IMG/VR virus record: IMGVR_UViG_3300038334_000116
Span: 1-36,367 of that record
Length of the DNA: 36,367 nucleotides
Origin: a virus
Lineage: Duplodnaviria; Caudoviricetes
Strand: one strand, 5' to 3'
Position numbers and translations under genes: made by a program
Shown: piece by piece, positions 26,385 through 35,615 of the stretch
How positions within the stretch are numbered: position 1 is the stretch's first letter
How the letters are laid out: every line of letters starts with the position of its first letter
The notes under the pieces: model-generated
The model's input: only the letters and a program-made list of their open reading frames with translations
Told to the model about the DNA's origin: nothing
The model's database searches: none

Positions 26385-27626
26385 ATGACCATTGCAAAAG
26401 GTATCGAAAAAAAATTGGTAATTGCTCTGCAGACGGCGAAAGGAACTATTGCAGCGGTAAACGCGGCATCGGCGATTTACCTGCGGCGCACTTCTTCAAC
26501 GCTGGACTTTAAAAAAGAAACTTATCAGTCCAATGAAATGCGCACCGACAAGCAGGTGGCTGATTTCCGGCACGGGGTACGTTCGGTTGACGGCACTATT
26601 GCCGGAGAACTTGCTCCCGGATCGTATCAGTTGTTAATGGCCGCTATTATGCGGAAGGCGTGGGCAGCAGGCGGTGTATCTTCAGCTGAAATAGATGTGA
26701 CGGCAGCGCCTACTACTGGCGCGGAGGGCACCTTTACACAAACCACGGGGTCATACATTACCGACGGCTTTAAGGTCGGGGACGTTGTCCGCTGGTCCGG
26801 TTTTGCAGGCGGCACGGCAACGAACAACAATGCTCATAACTTCCTGATCACAGGCCTTACCGCTCTCGTCATGACGGGAGTAATGCTCGATGGCGTGCCC
26901 GTCGTGGCGGATGCCGCAGGTGATAGCGTTACTGTAACCGTGGTGGGTAAAAAACTTTGGATTCCGGCTACGGGCCACACTGACGATTATTTCACAATCG
27001 AACATAATTATTCCGACCTGGACCTGTCCGAAGTATTCACGGATTGCAAAGTTAATTCTATGGCGGTGAAACTCTCGGCCACAGGCATGGCGACAATTGA
27101 TTTCGGCATGATGGGTCTGGATATGGTGCCGAAAACGTCGGCAAATGCACCATATTTTACGAGCCCGGCCGCTGCAGGAACTGCCGGAGTGGTAGCCGCG
27201 GTCAATGGCGCTATTTACGTCCAGGGCGTAAAAGTGGCCCTGATCACGGGTATGGACTTCAATGTCGCCGCAAACCTGTCGTCTGAGCCGGTTGTCGGTT
27301 CCAATGTCAAACCGGAAATATTCAGCGGAAAAAGTGTTGTTACGGGAAATATGACCGTCTTTTTCGAAGATGCAACTTTCCGCGATTACTTTATCAACGA
27401 AACGGAAGTTTCCATCAATGTGGCCTTCACGACCAGCAATGCGGCAAATGCCGATTTTCTGGCAATTTCGCTGCCTCGCGTGAAAGTCGGTGGAGCTTCC
27501 AAAGATGATGGAGAAAAAGGTCTTATTCAGACCATGCCGTTTACTGCCCTGTTCAATACGGCAGGCGGCGCCGCGGTGAATACCGAAGCAACCACGATTT
27601 CGATTCAGGATAGCACGGTCGCTTAA
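26385..27626 (+). CDS. tail tube (major tail) protein with inserted beta domain
   Basis: SNEMRTDKQVAD.RHG..SVDGTIAGEL, VTGNMTVFFED, LPRVK; no sheath gene in window. Confidence 0.85.
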   Translation: MTIAKGIEKKLVIALQTAKGTIAAVNAASAIYLRRTSSTLDFKKETYQSNEMRTDKQVADFRHGVRSVDGTIAGELAPGSYQLLMAAIMRKAWAAGGVSSAEIDVTAAPTTGAEGTFTQTTGSYITDGFKVGDVVRWSGFAGGTATNNNAHNFLITGLTALVMTGVMLDGVPVVADAAGDSVTVTVVGKKLWIPATGHTDDYFTIEHNYSDLDLSEVFTDCKVNSMAVKLSATGMATIDFGMMGLDMVPKTSANAPYFTSPAAAGTAGVVAAVNGAIYVQGVKVALITGMDFNVAANLSSEPVVGSNVKPEIFSGKSVVTGNMTVFFEDATFRDYFINETEVSINVAFTTSNAANADFLAISLPRVKVGGASKDDGEKGLIQTMPFTALFNTAGGAAVNTEATTISIQDSTVA

Positions 27627-27650
27627 GGCGCAAGTAGGATAATTTAAGCG

Positions 27651-27702
27651 CTGGGGACATGTACTTGTCTTGCCACCCACATGGGTGGTTACGTGTCCCC
27701 AG
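27651..27702 (+). repeat. CTGGGGACATGTAC..TACGTGTCCCCAG hairpin repeat, copy 3 with nested hairpin
   Basis: 21-nt loop insertion containing CCACCCA-CA-TGGGTGG. Confidence 0.85.
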
Positions 27703-27730
27703 ACAGAAAAAAACAGGAGGAGGATACACC

Positions 27731-28138
27731 ATGACACCGATTGATTTAGCTACATTGGATACCGTGAAAGGCTCTAACGAGGGCTTTGATGTTCAGATCT
27801 ACAACCCGGCCACCAATGAAGACCTTGATATAAAGATTCATGTACTCGGAAAGGATTCCGACGAATTCCAAAAAGTCAGCCGCGCCCAGAACAAAAAGAG
27901 AATGCAGAAGATTACGAAAGGCGGTTTCCGATCCGCTTCTATACCCACCGAGGAGATAGAGCAAGACAGCATTGCCCTGCTCGCCGCCTGCACGAAGTCA
28001 TGGTCAGGTGTGGTTATTAATGGCGTGCCGATCGAATGTACTCCGGAAAATGCGGTCATGGTTTACGAGAGGTTCCCCTGGATCAGGGAGCAGGTGGACA
28101 CAGCGATCGGTGACCGGGCAAATTTTATCAGATCCTGA
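27731..28138 (+). CDS. tail assembly chaperone (G-like)
   Basis: GGAGGAGG RBS; GKDSDEF, PWIREQVD..IGDRANF. Confidence 0.8.
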   Translation: MTPIDLATLDTVKGSNEGFDVQIYNPATNEDLDIKIHVLGKDSDEFQKVSRAQNKKRMQKITKGGFRSASIPTEEIEQDSIALLAACTKSWSGVVINGVPIECTPENAVMVYERFPWIREQVDTAIGDRANFIRS

Positions 28139-28479
28139 TCGACGGCCTGCTCGAGTATGCCGGGCATGAGTTCGCGCTCAATGCCCGGCAGAAAGACGGG
28201 GCTTCTCTCAGGGAACATCTGGAAAGTGTTTACCGGCAGACAGGCAAAATGCCGGAGCAGTTAGCGCCGCTCGAAGTAGCCGATTGCCTTTTGTATCTCT
28301 GGCACTGGTTTTGTGATTTATCGAACGGCAGGCAATATGGGGAATTCGGGCCAATGCCGTTGAGTTTTTCCGAGATTCGGGCCTGGGCGAACCTGACAAA
28401 GATCGAACCGGAAGCATGGGAAGTGGATGTAATTAAGCAGTTGGACCGGGCATATCTTGCAGAGGCAATGAAAAAATGA
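28120..28479 (+). CDS. tail assembly chaperone extension (T-like), -1 frameshift product
   Basis: slippery A AAT TTT at 28120-28126; -1 frame open from 28114 to 28479; PLSFSEIRAW..L. Confidence 0.75.
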   Translation, partial: KFYQILIDGLLEYAGHEFALNARQKDGASLREHLESVYRQTGKMPEQLAPLEVADCLLYLWHWFCDLSNGRQYGEFGPMPLSFSEIRAWANLTKIEPEAWEVDVIKQLDRAYLAEAMKK

Positions 28480-31400
28480 GCACTGATCTTATAACCTTAA
28501 AAATCACAGCTGATTCGTCCGGAGCTGTCGCCGGGGTTGCCAATGCATCAAAGAGTTTAGACGATTTTGCCGATAAAGGGCGGAAGGCAGAAACCAGCAC
28601 CCGCAACGTCAAGTCAGCCACTGATTCGGCCAACGCCAGCTTTATGCAGATGGCCTCCGCGGTTCGGGCGATCGCTGCTGCCTATGGGGTTTTGAAACTT
28701 GCTGAATATGTCAAGGATGTTACTCTGTTGGCTGCCAGATATGAAACGCTGGGCGTGGTTATGCGCGTTGTCGGCAATAACGCCGGATATACTGGCGCAC
28801 AGATGGCAGCCTATGCCCAAAGCCTTGAAAAGGCCGGTATTTCAATGACCGAAGCCCGGCAGACGCTTACCCGTATGGTGCAGGCGAATCTTGACCTCGC
28901 ACAATCAACAAAGCTGGCTCGCGTTGCTCAGGATGCCGCTGTTATCGGAAATATTAATAGCTCTGAGGCTTTTCAACGCATGGTTTACGGCATTCAATCC
29001 GGGCAGGTGGAAATCCTGCGCACTATCGGCATCAACGTCAATTTTGAAAACAGCTACCAGAATGTGGCCAAAGCAACGGGGCGGGCGGCAACATCGTTTA
29101 GCGAGGCTGAAAAATCACAAATCCGCATGAACACCGTTATGGAAGCCGGTAAAATGATTGCCGGAACCTACGAGGCGGCAATGGGTACGGCGGGTAAACA
29201 GGTTCTTTCCTTGCAACGCCACATTGATAATCTGAAAGTAGGGATAGGTCTTGCCTTTACACCTGCACTGGCGGAAATAATTGAACAGATTACCGGCGCT
29301 ATTACCGACCTGAACGGCAATTTAACGGGTGAAGGCAAACAAGCCATTGCTGACTGGGGAACAAATTTCCGGATCACCATTATTGATATTGAAACTCATA
29401 TTTATAAACTGGCGATGTCTCTTGATAAAATTGGCGGGACGGCTACGTCGGCAAAAATGTTTTTCTGGGGGCCGACTGCAGCGCTCGGGTTTAAAGATAG
29501 CGTAAGGGGTTTTGAAGCGGCGGCGAAAGCCAATATTGAATACGAGAATAGATATAACGCATCTGCCCAGGCAATCGAAGACCTGAACAAAAAACGGCTT
29601 GAGCTTGAAAAATCACTGACGGCGGAAGGCAAGGTGGCAGCAAAAGCGGCACAGGATGCAGCCGAAAACAAAAGATTGGCAGCACGAAAAGCGGCAGAAG
29701 AAACCGCAATTGAAACCACAGAGGCAAAGAAGTTGCGGGAACAATGGGAGAAAGCTAAAGAAGCCTTGAATTTCACTATTACGACTGCCGGAATGGATGA
29801 TTTAGATCGCGCCCTGGCCAAACTCGAAAAAGACATGGCCAAACTCAGAGAAAACCCGAACGCCGACTTACAATTGATTAACGAAGCCCGGTTGGCTGAA
29901 CAAACAAAATTGGTTGAGCAATGGTACGCTAATTACTTAAAAGATAATGCAGCGGCCTCTGAAAAAATGAAGGCGCAAGAGAAAGCCACCCAAGATTCGA
30001 TCACCAAAGGTCTTCAAGAAACGATTGATTTCAACAAAAAAATGATGGGCGAGCGGATCGCCTATTATGAATCAATTCAGGGTTACGAAGAAACGGCTTA
30101 CAACTTGAAACTCGCCCGCATTGAAAAAGAAAGACAAGCCTATATACAATTGTATGGCGACATAGGGGCCGCCAACGCTAAAGCCAATCAAGATCAAATC
30201 ACTGCATTGAGCGCGAGAATAGACGCCGAGCAAAAAGGTGTAAGGTCGGCAATTTCCGGTTTTGACTCGATGCTCGACGCAGCCATGAAATGTTATAGTG
30301 AAGAGTCCAGCGAATATAAAAGACTGCAAGATTTTAAAAAAGTTGCCCTTGCCGCTGAATTAGCAATGAATATTGCGAAAAACATTCAGATAGTTCTAGG
30401 GTATGCTACACAGGCGACAGCTGCGACGGCTGCGGCGGGTATCACAAATACGGCGAATGCCTCAACGGCGGTCACGGGGGCGGTTTCTTCTGTGGCCAGT
30501 CAGGGCACGGGCGACCCCTATACGGCCTTTCCTCGTATCGCTGCCATGATTGCAATAATGACAGGCGTCCTCGGAATTGCCGGAATTGCTTTTGGCGCCG
30601 GTTCCTCCGTTTCCTCAGCAGCGGTGCCTGCCTTACCGAAAAGCACGGTCCTCGGCGCAGCAGACGGCACCGGCAGTGAATCTATCGAAAATTCCTTCAA
30701 ACTTCTATCCGATACATATCAAATGGAAGAAACAAAGCTGACTAAAATTTACAACGAATTGAAGGATCTGAATTCCAATATCACGGGGCTTGTGTCCTCT
30801 GTTCTGCGAACGGGCGGAATTTCCGGCATGAATATTACTACGATGTCTTCCCTGGGAAACGTAGAACTGGCCATAAACAAGCTTTCCCAAAGCGGCCTTT
30901 TGTCATTATTCATGGGCGGCACAAATGTTGAAGGCAATGAATTCTTCAGTTCTGTAAACAAGATTCGCGCTATTGGGTTAGATTTCGGAAGCCTGGCAGT
31001 AGAAAAATATATGCCCCAATTATTATCTTGGGTTGCCAATGGTATTTTCGGCGGATCCTCCGAGCAGACATTAGTGCATCAGGGAATAGGGATTAACAGT
31101 CCGTCCATCCGCAACCTAATTGGCGGGCAGGGTGTCAGCGGATATAACTACGCGGGCATTGTTACCCATACCGATGGCGGATGGTTTAGCAGCGATTCCG
31201 ACACTTATTCCAAGGCATACGGGGCATTGGATAGCACAGTTACAACTCTTTTTACCTCAGTGTTTAAAAATCTCGGGGCAACCCTTTATGAATTATCAAA
31301 GGGCTTGGGAGCCGATGTTAATACTGCCCTCAATTATTCTTTTGGTAATGTGGAAATCGATTTAAAAGACAAAACAGGCGAGGAAATCAATAAGACAATC

Positions 31401-32204
31401 ACGGAATTAATTTCCAACATTAGCGACAACGCCGCAATGGCGATTCTCGGCCCTATCATTTCCCAGTATCAACAAATAAATGAAGGGCTCTACGAAACCG
31501 CCGTTCGCCTGCTGACAGATAAAGAAGCAATCGCCTATTACCTGAAAATGACCAATCAGGCATTTAGCGGGACTATCCCGGCAGCGATTCAATTCAGCGA
31601 AACTTTGATCACAATCGCCGGCAGTCTGGATAAGCTCACAGAATCCATGCAGACCTATTATGATGCCTTTTTCAGCGACGCCGAAAAGCAAGTGAAATTA
31701 AAAGATCAATTAACGGAAATACTGGGCACGCTCGGCTTCGATCTTCCCGGACAAAGGGCTGGTTATCGGTCTCTTGTTGAATCCCTGGATTTAACATCTA
31801 CGGCAGGCCAGACGGCCTATGTTGCATTGATGAACATGTCCAAGAGCGCGGATGATTATTACAAGTATCTGGAAAACGCAAAGGGCAAACTCAAACCGGA
31901 AAATTATGCAACTGCTGCGGACTATCAACGGGCAATGGCCGGATATGCCGACGGAGGAATCAGCAGCGGTCCGGAAACGGGATATTATGCACAACTCCAC
32001 GGAACCGAGCTGATTGTTTCACCGCGGAAAGGGTACTCGGCGACGGTAATTGGCGCCGACAGTCCCGAACTGCTGGCGGAAATAAAAGCCTTAAGGCACG
32101 CTGTAGAATCAGGCAACTCGATTAATTCATCTAATACCGTAAAAATTACCCGGTTACTGGACAGATGGGATGGTGACGGCATCCCGGCGGAGAGGGTGAT
32201 TTAA
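28476..32204 (+). CDS. tail tape measure protein
   Basis: 1242 aa, Ala-rich helical, hydrophobic segments, C-terminal YADGG..LHGTE; follows chaperones. Confidence 0.92.
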   Translation: MSTDLITLKITADSSGAVAGVANASKSLDDFADKGRKAETSTRNVKSATDSANASFMQMASAVRAIAAAYGVLKLAEYVKDVTLLAARYETLGVVMRVVGNNAGYTGAQMAAYAQSLEKAGISMTEARQTLTRMVQANLDLAQSTKLARVAQDAAVIGNINSSEAFQRMVYGIQSGQVEILRTIGINVNFENSYQNVAKATGRAATSFSEAEKSQIRMNTVMEAGKMIAGTYEAAMGTAGKQVLSLQRHIDNLKVGIGLAFTPALAEIIEQITGAITDLNGNLTGEGKQAIADWGTNFRITIIDIETHIYKLAMSLDKIGGTATSAKMFFWGPTAALGFKDSVRGFEAAAKANIEYENRYNASAQAIEDLNKKRLELEKSLTAEGKVAAKAAQDAAENKRLAARKAAEETAIETTEAKKLREQWEKAKEALNFTITTAGMDDLDRALAKLEKDMAKLRENPNADLQLINEARLAEQTKLVEQWYANYLKDNAAASEKMKAQEKATQDSITKGLQETIDFNKKMMGERIAYYESIQGYEETAYNLKLARIEKERQAYIQLYGDIGAANAKANQDQITALSARIDAEQKGVRSAISGFDSMLDAAMKCYSEESSEYKRLQDFKKVALAAELAMNIAKNIQIVLGYATQATAATAAAGITNTANASTAVTGAVSSVASQGTGDPYTAFPRIAAMIAIMTGVLGIAGIAFGAGSSVSSAAVPALPKSTVLGAADGTGSESIENSFKLLSDTYQMEETKLTKIYNELKDLNSNITGLVSSVLRTGGISGMNITTMSSLGNVELAINKLSQSGLLSLFMGGTNVEGNEFFSSVNKIRAIGLDFGSLAVEKYMPQLLSWVANGIFGGSSEQTLVHQGIGINSPSIRNLIGGQGVSGYNYAGIVTHTDGGWFSSDSDTYSKAYGALDSTVTTLFTSVFKNLGATLYELSKGLGADVNTALNYSFGNVEIDLKDKTGEEINKTITELISNISDNAAMAILGPIISQYQQINEGLYETAVRLLTDKEAIAYYLKMTNQAFSGTIPAAIQFSETLITIAGSLDKLTESMQTYYDAFFSDAEKQVKLKDQLTEILGTLGFDLPGQRAGYRSLVESLDLTSTAGQTAYVALMNMSKSADDYYKYLENAKGKLKPENYATAADYQRAMAGYADGGISSGPETGYYAQLHGTELIVSPRKGYSATVIGADSPELLAEIKALRHAVESGNSINSSNTVKITRLLDRWDGDGIPAERVI

Positions 32205-33130
32205 TGAAAATCATACGGCCTATAACGATCACAGACGCGATGCTGACCTCTTCTAATGTTCCGGAAACCGACTACGCGGCTTATGCCGCAGGAACTACCT
32301 ATGCCGCCGGTAACAGAGTCATCGTAACCGCTTCCGGAGTGCATAAGATCTACGAATCTCTTGTGGGCGGGAATGTCGGTAATTATCCGCCAACTGATGT
32401 TTTAGCCGCAAGCCCGAACTGGGTGGAAGTCAGCGCAACCAATCGCTGGAAGGTATTTGATTCTAAGGTTGGCGCCCAGACCTCGCAAGCGACATCAATT
32501 ACATATAAATTAACGCCGGGAATTGTTTTCGATTCCATTGGTTTTCTCAATATCAATGCTGATTCGGTGCAAATAGTGGTTACCGATCCGACCGATGGGA
32601 TTGTTTATGATAAGACGGTTTTGCTTTTAACAACGGCGGTTACGGGTTTGCAAGCGCCAATTGATTGGTATTCATATTTTTTTAGTTCTTTTGTCACCAT
32701 CACTGATTTTGTTGAATTTGATCTTCCGCCGTATCTCAGCGGGGTAATTGATATTACAATCTCCAAAACGGGCGGCACAGCCTACGTTGGCGAGATCGTG
32801 CTGGGAACGGCAACAAATCTAGGGCACAGCCAGATGGGGGCGGCGGTAGGAATACATGATTATTCAACAAAATCCGCGGACACTTGGGGCGTGTACTCAA
32901 TTACCGAAAGATTATATGCAAAAACCGTTAATGCCCTGGTATTTGTTGAACAGTATGCAGCTGATGATGTTTATAATATTCTTGCCGCTTACAGGGCAAA
33001 ACCGCTTGTCTGGGTTGTGCACGAAGATTATTCCTCCTTGATCGTTTTTGGATTTTATAAAGATTTCAATAATGTTTTCTCTCACGAGTCCGTCACAACA
33101 TTATCATTACAAATCGAAGGATTAACATAA
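32204..33130 (+). CDS. tail tip / distal tail protein
   Basis: follows TMP; ATNRWKVFD, IHDYSTK..D.WG, VFGFYKDF, LQIEGL. Confidence 0.7.
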   Translation: MKIIRPITITDAMLTSSNVPETDYAAYAAGTTYAAGNRVIVTASGVHKIYESLVGGNVGNYPPTDVLAASPNWVEVSATNRWKVFDSKVGAQTSQATSITYKLTPGIVFDSIGFLNINADSVQIVVTDPTDGIVYDKTVLLLTTAVTGLQAPIDWYSYFFSSFVTITDFVEFDLPPYLSGVIDITISKTGGTAYVGEIVLGTATNLGHSQMGAAVGIHDYSTKSADTWGVYSITERLYAKTVNALVFVEQYAADDVYNILAAYRAKPLVWVVHEDYSSLIVFGFYKDFNNVFSHESVTTLSLQIEGLT

Positions 33131-33142
33131 GGAGATTTTATT

Positions 33143-34045
33143 ATGACCATAACAGCACTTCCCCCGGCGCCCAGCCGCAGCAATCCATCAACTTTTTCGG
33201 CCTTGGCCGACGCTTTTATCGCCGCTCTCTCAACATTTGTCAGTGAGGTTAATGCGACAGCGGCGGCCATGGACCTTAACGACACCACTTCTACCAGTAC
33301 AACGAGTCTGGCCATCGGCACCGGCTCAAAATCGTTAACGGTTGATGCCTCAAAAAGCTATCAGGTGGGGATGTCGGTGAAAATCGCCCATGATTCCTCC
33401 AACTGGATGTTTGGTGAGGTGACTTCCTATAATTCCGGTACGGGCGCGCTCGTAGTCAACGTGACGCTGATAGCCGGCAGCGGGACGGAAGCTTCATGGA
33501 CGGTGACGTTATCAGGCCCGGTTCTAATGGCCGCAGCACAGATTCTCGCGCTTATCAATCCGACTGCCAGTAGAATAATCGGCAAGAAAGCAACCGGTGC
33601 TTCCGGGGAATTAACCGGGGCGGAGGTTGCTGTTCTTCTGGGTGGGACTGCATCAAGATTTCTGGCCCAGGGCGCATCCGGCGACATGGGGCTGAAAGAC
33701 GCGGCGGCGGCGCGAACAATTCTAGGACTGTCCACAAGCGACGCGGTTGTTTTCGGGTCCCTAAACACCGCTAGCGGGGATACAGGCAGCATTGCTCATA
33801 ATACACCAACAACGATTATCACCGCGTCCGGCAACTCCATGTATATAGTTTTTGCTTATATTGCGGCTGCCGGTTCGGCCAACTATACCGCATATGCCTT
33901 TGTTTTAACTGAGGGCAGCGACGCCAGAATAGCTGCCGGGAATGGCAGTCTTTTAACGCTTACTATTTCCGGATTGAACATTCGGGTAACACAGAATTCC
34001 GGCGGCGCGGCAACCGTCGCCTGGAAAGCTGTCAAAATTGCATAA
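33143..34045 (+). CDS. tail fibre/spike protein
   Basis: ITALPPAPSR..PSTF..ADAF N-terminus; G/A/S/T-rich. Confidence 0.65.
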   Translation: MTITALPPAPSRSNPSTFSALADAFIAALSTFVSEVNATAAAMDLNDTTSTSTTSLAIGTGSKSLTVDASKSYQVGMSVKIAHDSSNWMFGEVTSYNSGTGALVVNVTLIAGSGTEASWTVTLSGPVLMAAAQILALINPTASRIIGKKATGASGELTGAEVAVLLGGTASRFLAQGASGDMGLKDAAAARTILGLSTSDAVVFGSLNTASGDTGSIAHNTPTTIITASGNSMYIVFAYIAAAGSANYTAYAFVLTEGSDARIAAGNGSLLTLTISGLNIRVTQNSGGAATVAWKAVKIA

Positions 34046-34076
34046 TTGCGATCTCAATTAATCTTGGAGGAATAAG

Positions 34077-34586
34077 ATGGACTGGAGAAATCCGTTTGAA
34101 GGTTTTAGAGACAAATACCTATCATTCAAAAATGTTAAGGCCTATCAGTTATTTCTGATTAGAAAAGGTTTTATCCCCTATTCACTGGATAGAGTGGCTG
34201 AATACAGCGCAAAGGTCAGGGAAATCTGGGGCAACTCCATACCCGAAGACCAACTCGCCCAGTTCTGCGTGGCCTACCGCGACATGGGCGTCAAAAGGGG
34301 CGTCCAACCCTGGATCACGAAGTTCTTTAATGCCCGATTATCCTTTATGATCGGGGTAAGTATTTGGAAAAGCTGGCTGCCATTATTGTTTGTCGGACTG
34401 TCGATCCGGTACTCCGCTGAAAATTATTTTCAGGCCGGATTAGGTTTTGGACCGGAAGGCACGCTGACCGATGGTGTTTATGAACGAACAACAATCTGCG
34501 GAAAATTCAGGTTCGGCAATTTTATCGATGAATATATAGATGGTGGCAATTTCGATGTTTATGGAATTTATGAAGGTATGATTTAA
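34077..34586 (+). CDS. hypothetical protein
   Basis: GGAGG RBS, 169 aa, no recognisable motif. Confidence 0.6.
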   Translation: MDWRNPFEGFRDKYLSFKNVKAYQLFLIRKGFIPYSLDRVAEYSAKVREIWGNSIPEDQLAQFCVAYRDMGVKRGVQPWITKFFNARLSFMIGVSIWKSWLPLLFVGLSIRYSAENYFQAGLGFGPEGTLTDGVYERTTICGKFRFGNFIDEYIDGGNFDVYGIYEGMI

Positions 34587-34609
34587 ACCATAAGTTAATA
34601 GGAGTATTT

Positions 34610-34710
34610 AAAAAGGAAAGGCGGACAGTATTTCAGGGAGTTCCAGCTCCCAAAACCATGCGATTCCAGCGCAAGACGGGATGACCCGCTACCATCCACC
34701 CAGAGAACCG
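34610..34710 (-). ncRNA. candidate antisense cloverleaf sRNA in the methyltransferase leader
   Basis: 11-bp closing stem fully paired only on minus strand (3 G-U), three inner hairpins, U-rich tail, upstream promoter. Confidence 0.6.
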
Positions 34711-34716
34711 GTGAAG

Positions 34717-34745
34717 CTTATAGCAGGGGTGATCCCATAAATCAA
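34717..34745 (-). promoter_or_regulatory. sigma70-like promoter for the antisense RNA
   Basis: minus strand TTGATT (34745-34740), 17 nt, TATAAG (34722-34717) with TGn extension. Confidence 0.6.
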
Positions 34746-34759
34746 TCACGGAGGATCGC

Positions 34760-35524
34760 ATGAATAGTTTTATCGCCTATATGGGCGGCAAGTCGTTGCT
34801 TACAAAGAAGATTATTCCCAAAATACCGGCGCACAAATGTTATTGTGAAGTATTTGCCGGCGCAGCCTGGATGTTGTTCAAAAAAGAGGAATCAGAAGTT
34901 GAAATAATTAATGATATTAACACTGACCTCGTTACTCTCTATCGGGTTATCAAGCTTCACCTGGTAGAGTTTATTCGTTACATTAACTGGATTCTTGTGG
35001 CCAGAGATGAGTTTGACCGCTTTAAAAAGGAAAATCCCGAAACATTGACGGATATTCAGAAGGCCGTCAGGTTCTATTTCTTACTAAAGTCGGGATATGC
35101 CGCCCGCATCGATAATCCATCCTTTTCAGTTGCCGTATCATCGAAACCTCGCTTCAACCTTCTCCGGATCGAAGAGGAACTATCGGCAGTGTATCTGCGT
35201 CTGGCCAGGGTATATATCGAAAACAAGCCATATGAAACAATAATTCCCCGCTTTGACCGGCCAGACACTTTCTTTTATATCGATCCTCCTTATTATGATT
35301 GCGAGGATTACTACGGTAAAGGAATATTCAGCCGGACGGATTTCACTACCTTACGGGATATTTTGAGCAAAATTAATGGGAAATTCATCATGTCGATCAA
35401 TGACACAAAAGAAATTCGTGCTCTATACAAGGGATTTAAGATTGAGACGGTAAAAACATCATACTCGGCTGGCGGAGCAAACAAGAAAAAGCAGGTTGAA
35501 GAGCTACTGATCAGCAATTACTAA
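34760..35524 (+). CDS. dam: D12-class N6-adenine DNA methyltransferase
   Basis: YMGGKS, EVFAGAA, IINDIN, catalytic DPPY; GGAGG RBS; last phage gene. Confidence 0.92.
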   Translation: MNSFIAYMGGKSLLTKKIIPKIPAHKCYCEVFAGAAWMLFKKEESEVEIINDINTDLVTLYRVIKLHLVEFIRYINWILVARDEFDRFKKENPETLTDIQKAVRFYFLLKSGYAARIDNPSFSVAVSSKPRFNLLRIEEELSAVYLRLARVYIENKPYETIIPRFDRPDTFFYIDPPYYDCEDYYGKGIFSRTDFTTLRDILSKINGKFIMSINDTKEIRALYKGFKIETVKTSYSAGGANKKKQVEELLISNY

Positions 35525-35530
35525 GTCGCT

Positions 35531-35615
35531 AATCAAATGAAATTTGACACAATCAAATGGATTTGGGAAGTGAGTTATCGCAATTTTGAGGGCCGCGCTA
35601 CCTCACGCCGCCACA
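35531..35615. repeat. phage right end with putative transposase-binding repeats
   Basis: AATCAAATGAAATTTGA (35531-35547) and AATCAAATGGATTTGG (35551-35566); terminal ACA at 35613-35615. Confidence 0.65.

Larger units (their letters stand above)
1..35615 (+). mobile_element. Mu-like transposable prophage (siphovirus-type tail), left end outside window
   Basis: DDE transposase + AAA ATPase + Gam/GemA/Mor + Mu-type terminase, portal, gpF, gpG, gp36/gp37 synteny; ends in ...CCACA at 35611-35615 directly before host coding sequence. Confidence 0.95.

Noticed and set aside
18091-27702. Palindromic repeats as a CRISPR array
   Set aside because: Copies are kilobases apart, with no spacers and no cas genes
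27659-27730. Longer N-terminus for the tail chaperone
   Set aside because: That ATG lies inside the hairpin repeat; GGAGGAGG RBS supports 27731
26751-27737. 328-aa minus-strand ORF and other long antisense ORFs (4481..5179, 13266..13853, 16241..16870, 35603..36295)
   Set aside because: Shadows of well-supported plus-strand genes with no motifs
19861-34586. Diversity-generating retroelement or invertible fibre cassette
   Set aside because: No reverse transcriptase or invertase, and no template/variable repeat pair or flanking inverted sites noticed by eye
34620-34700. Cloverleaf as a true tRNA
   Set aside because: 11-bp closing stem, no TTC T-loop, no canonical D loop or CCA
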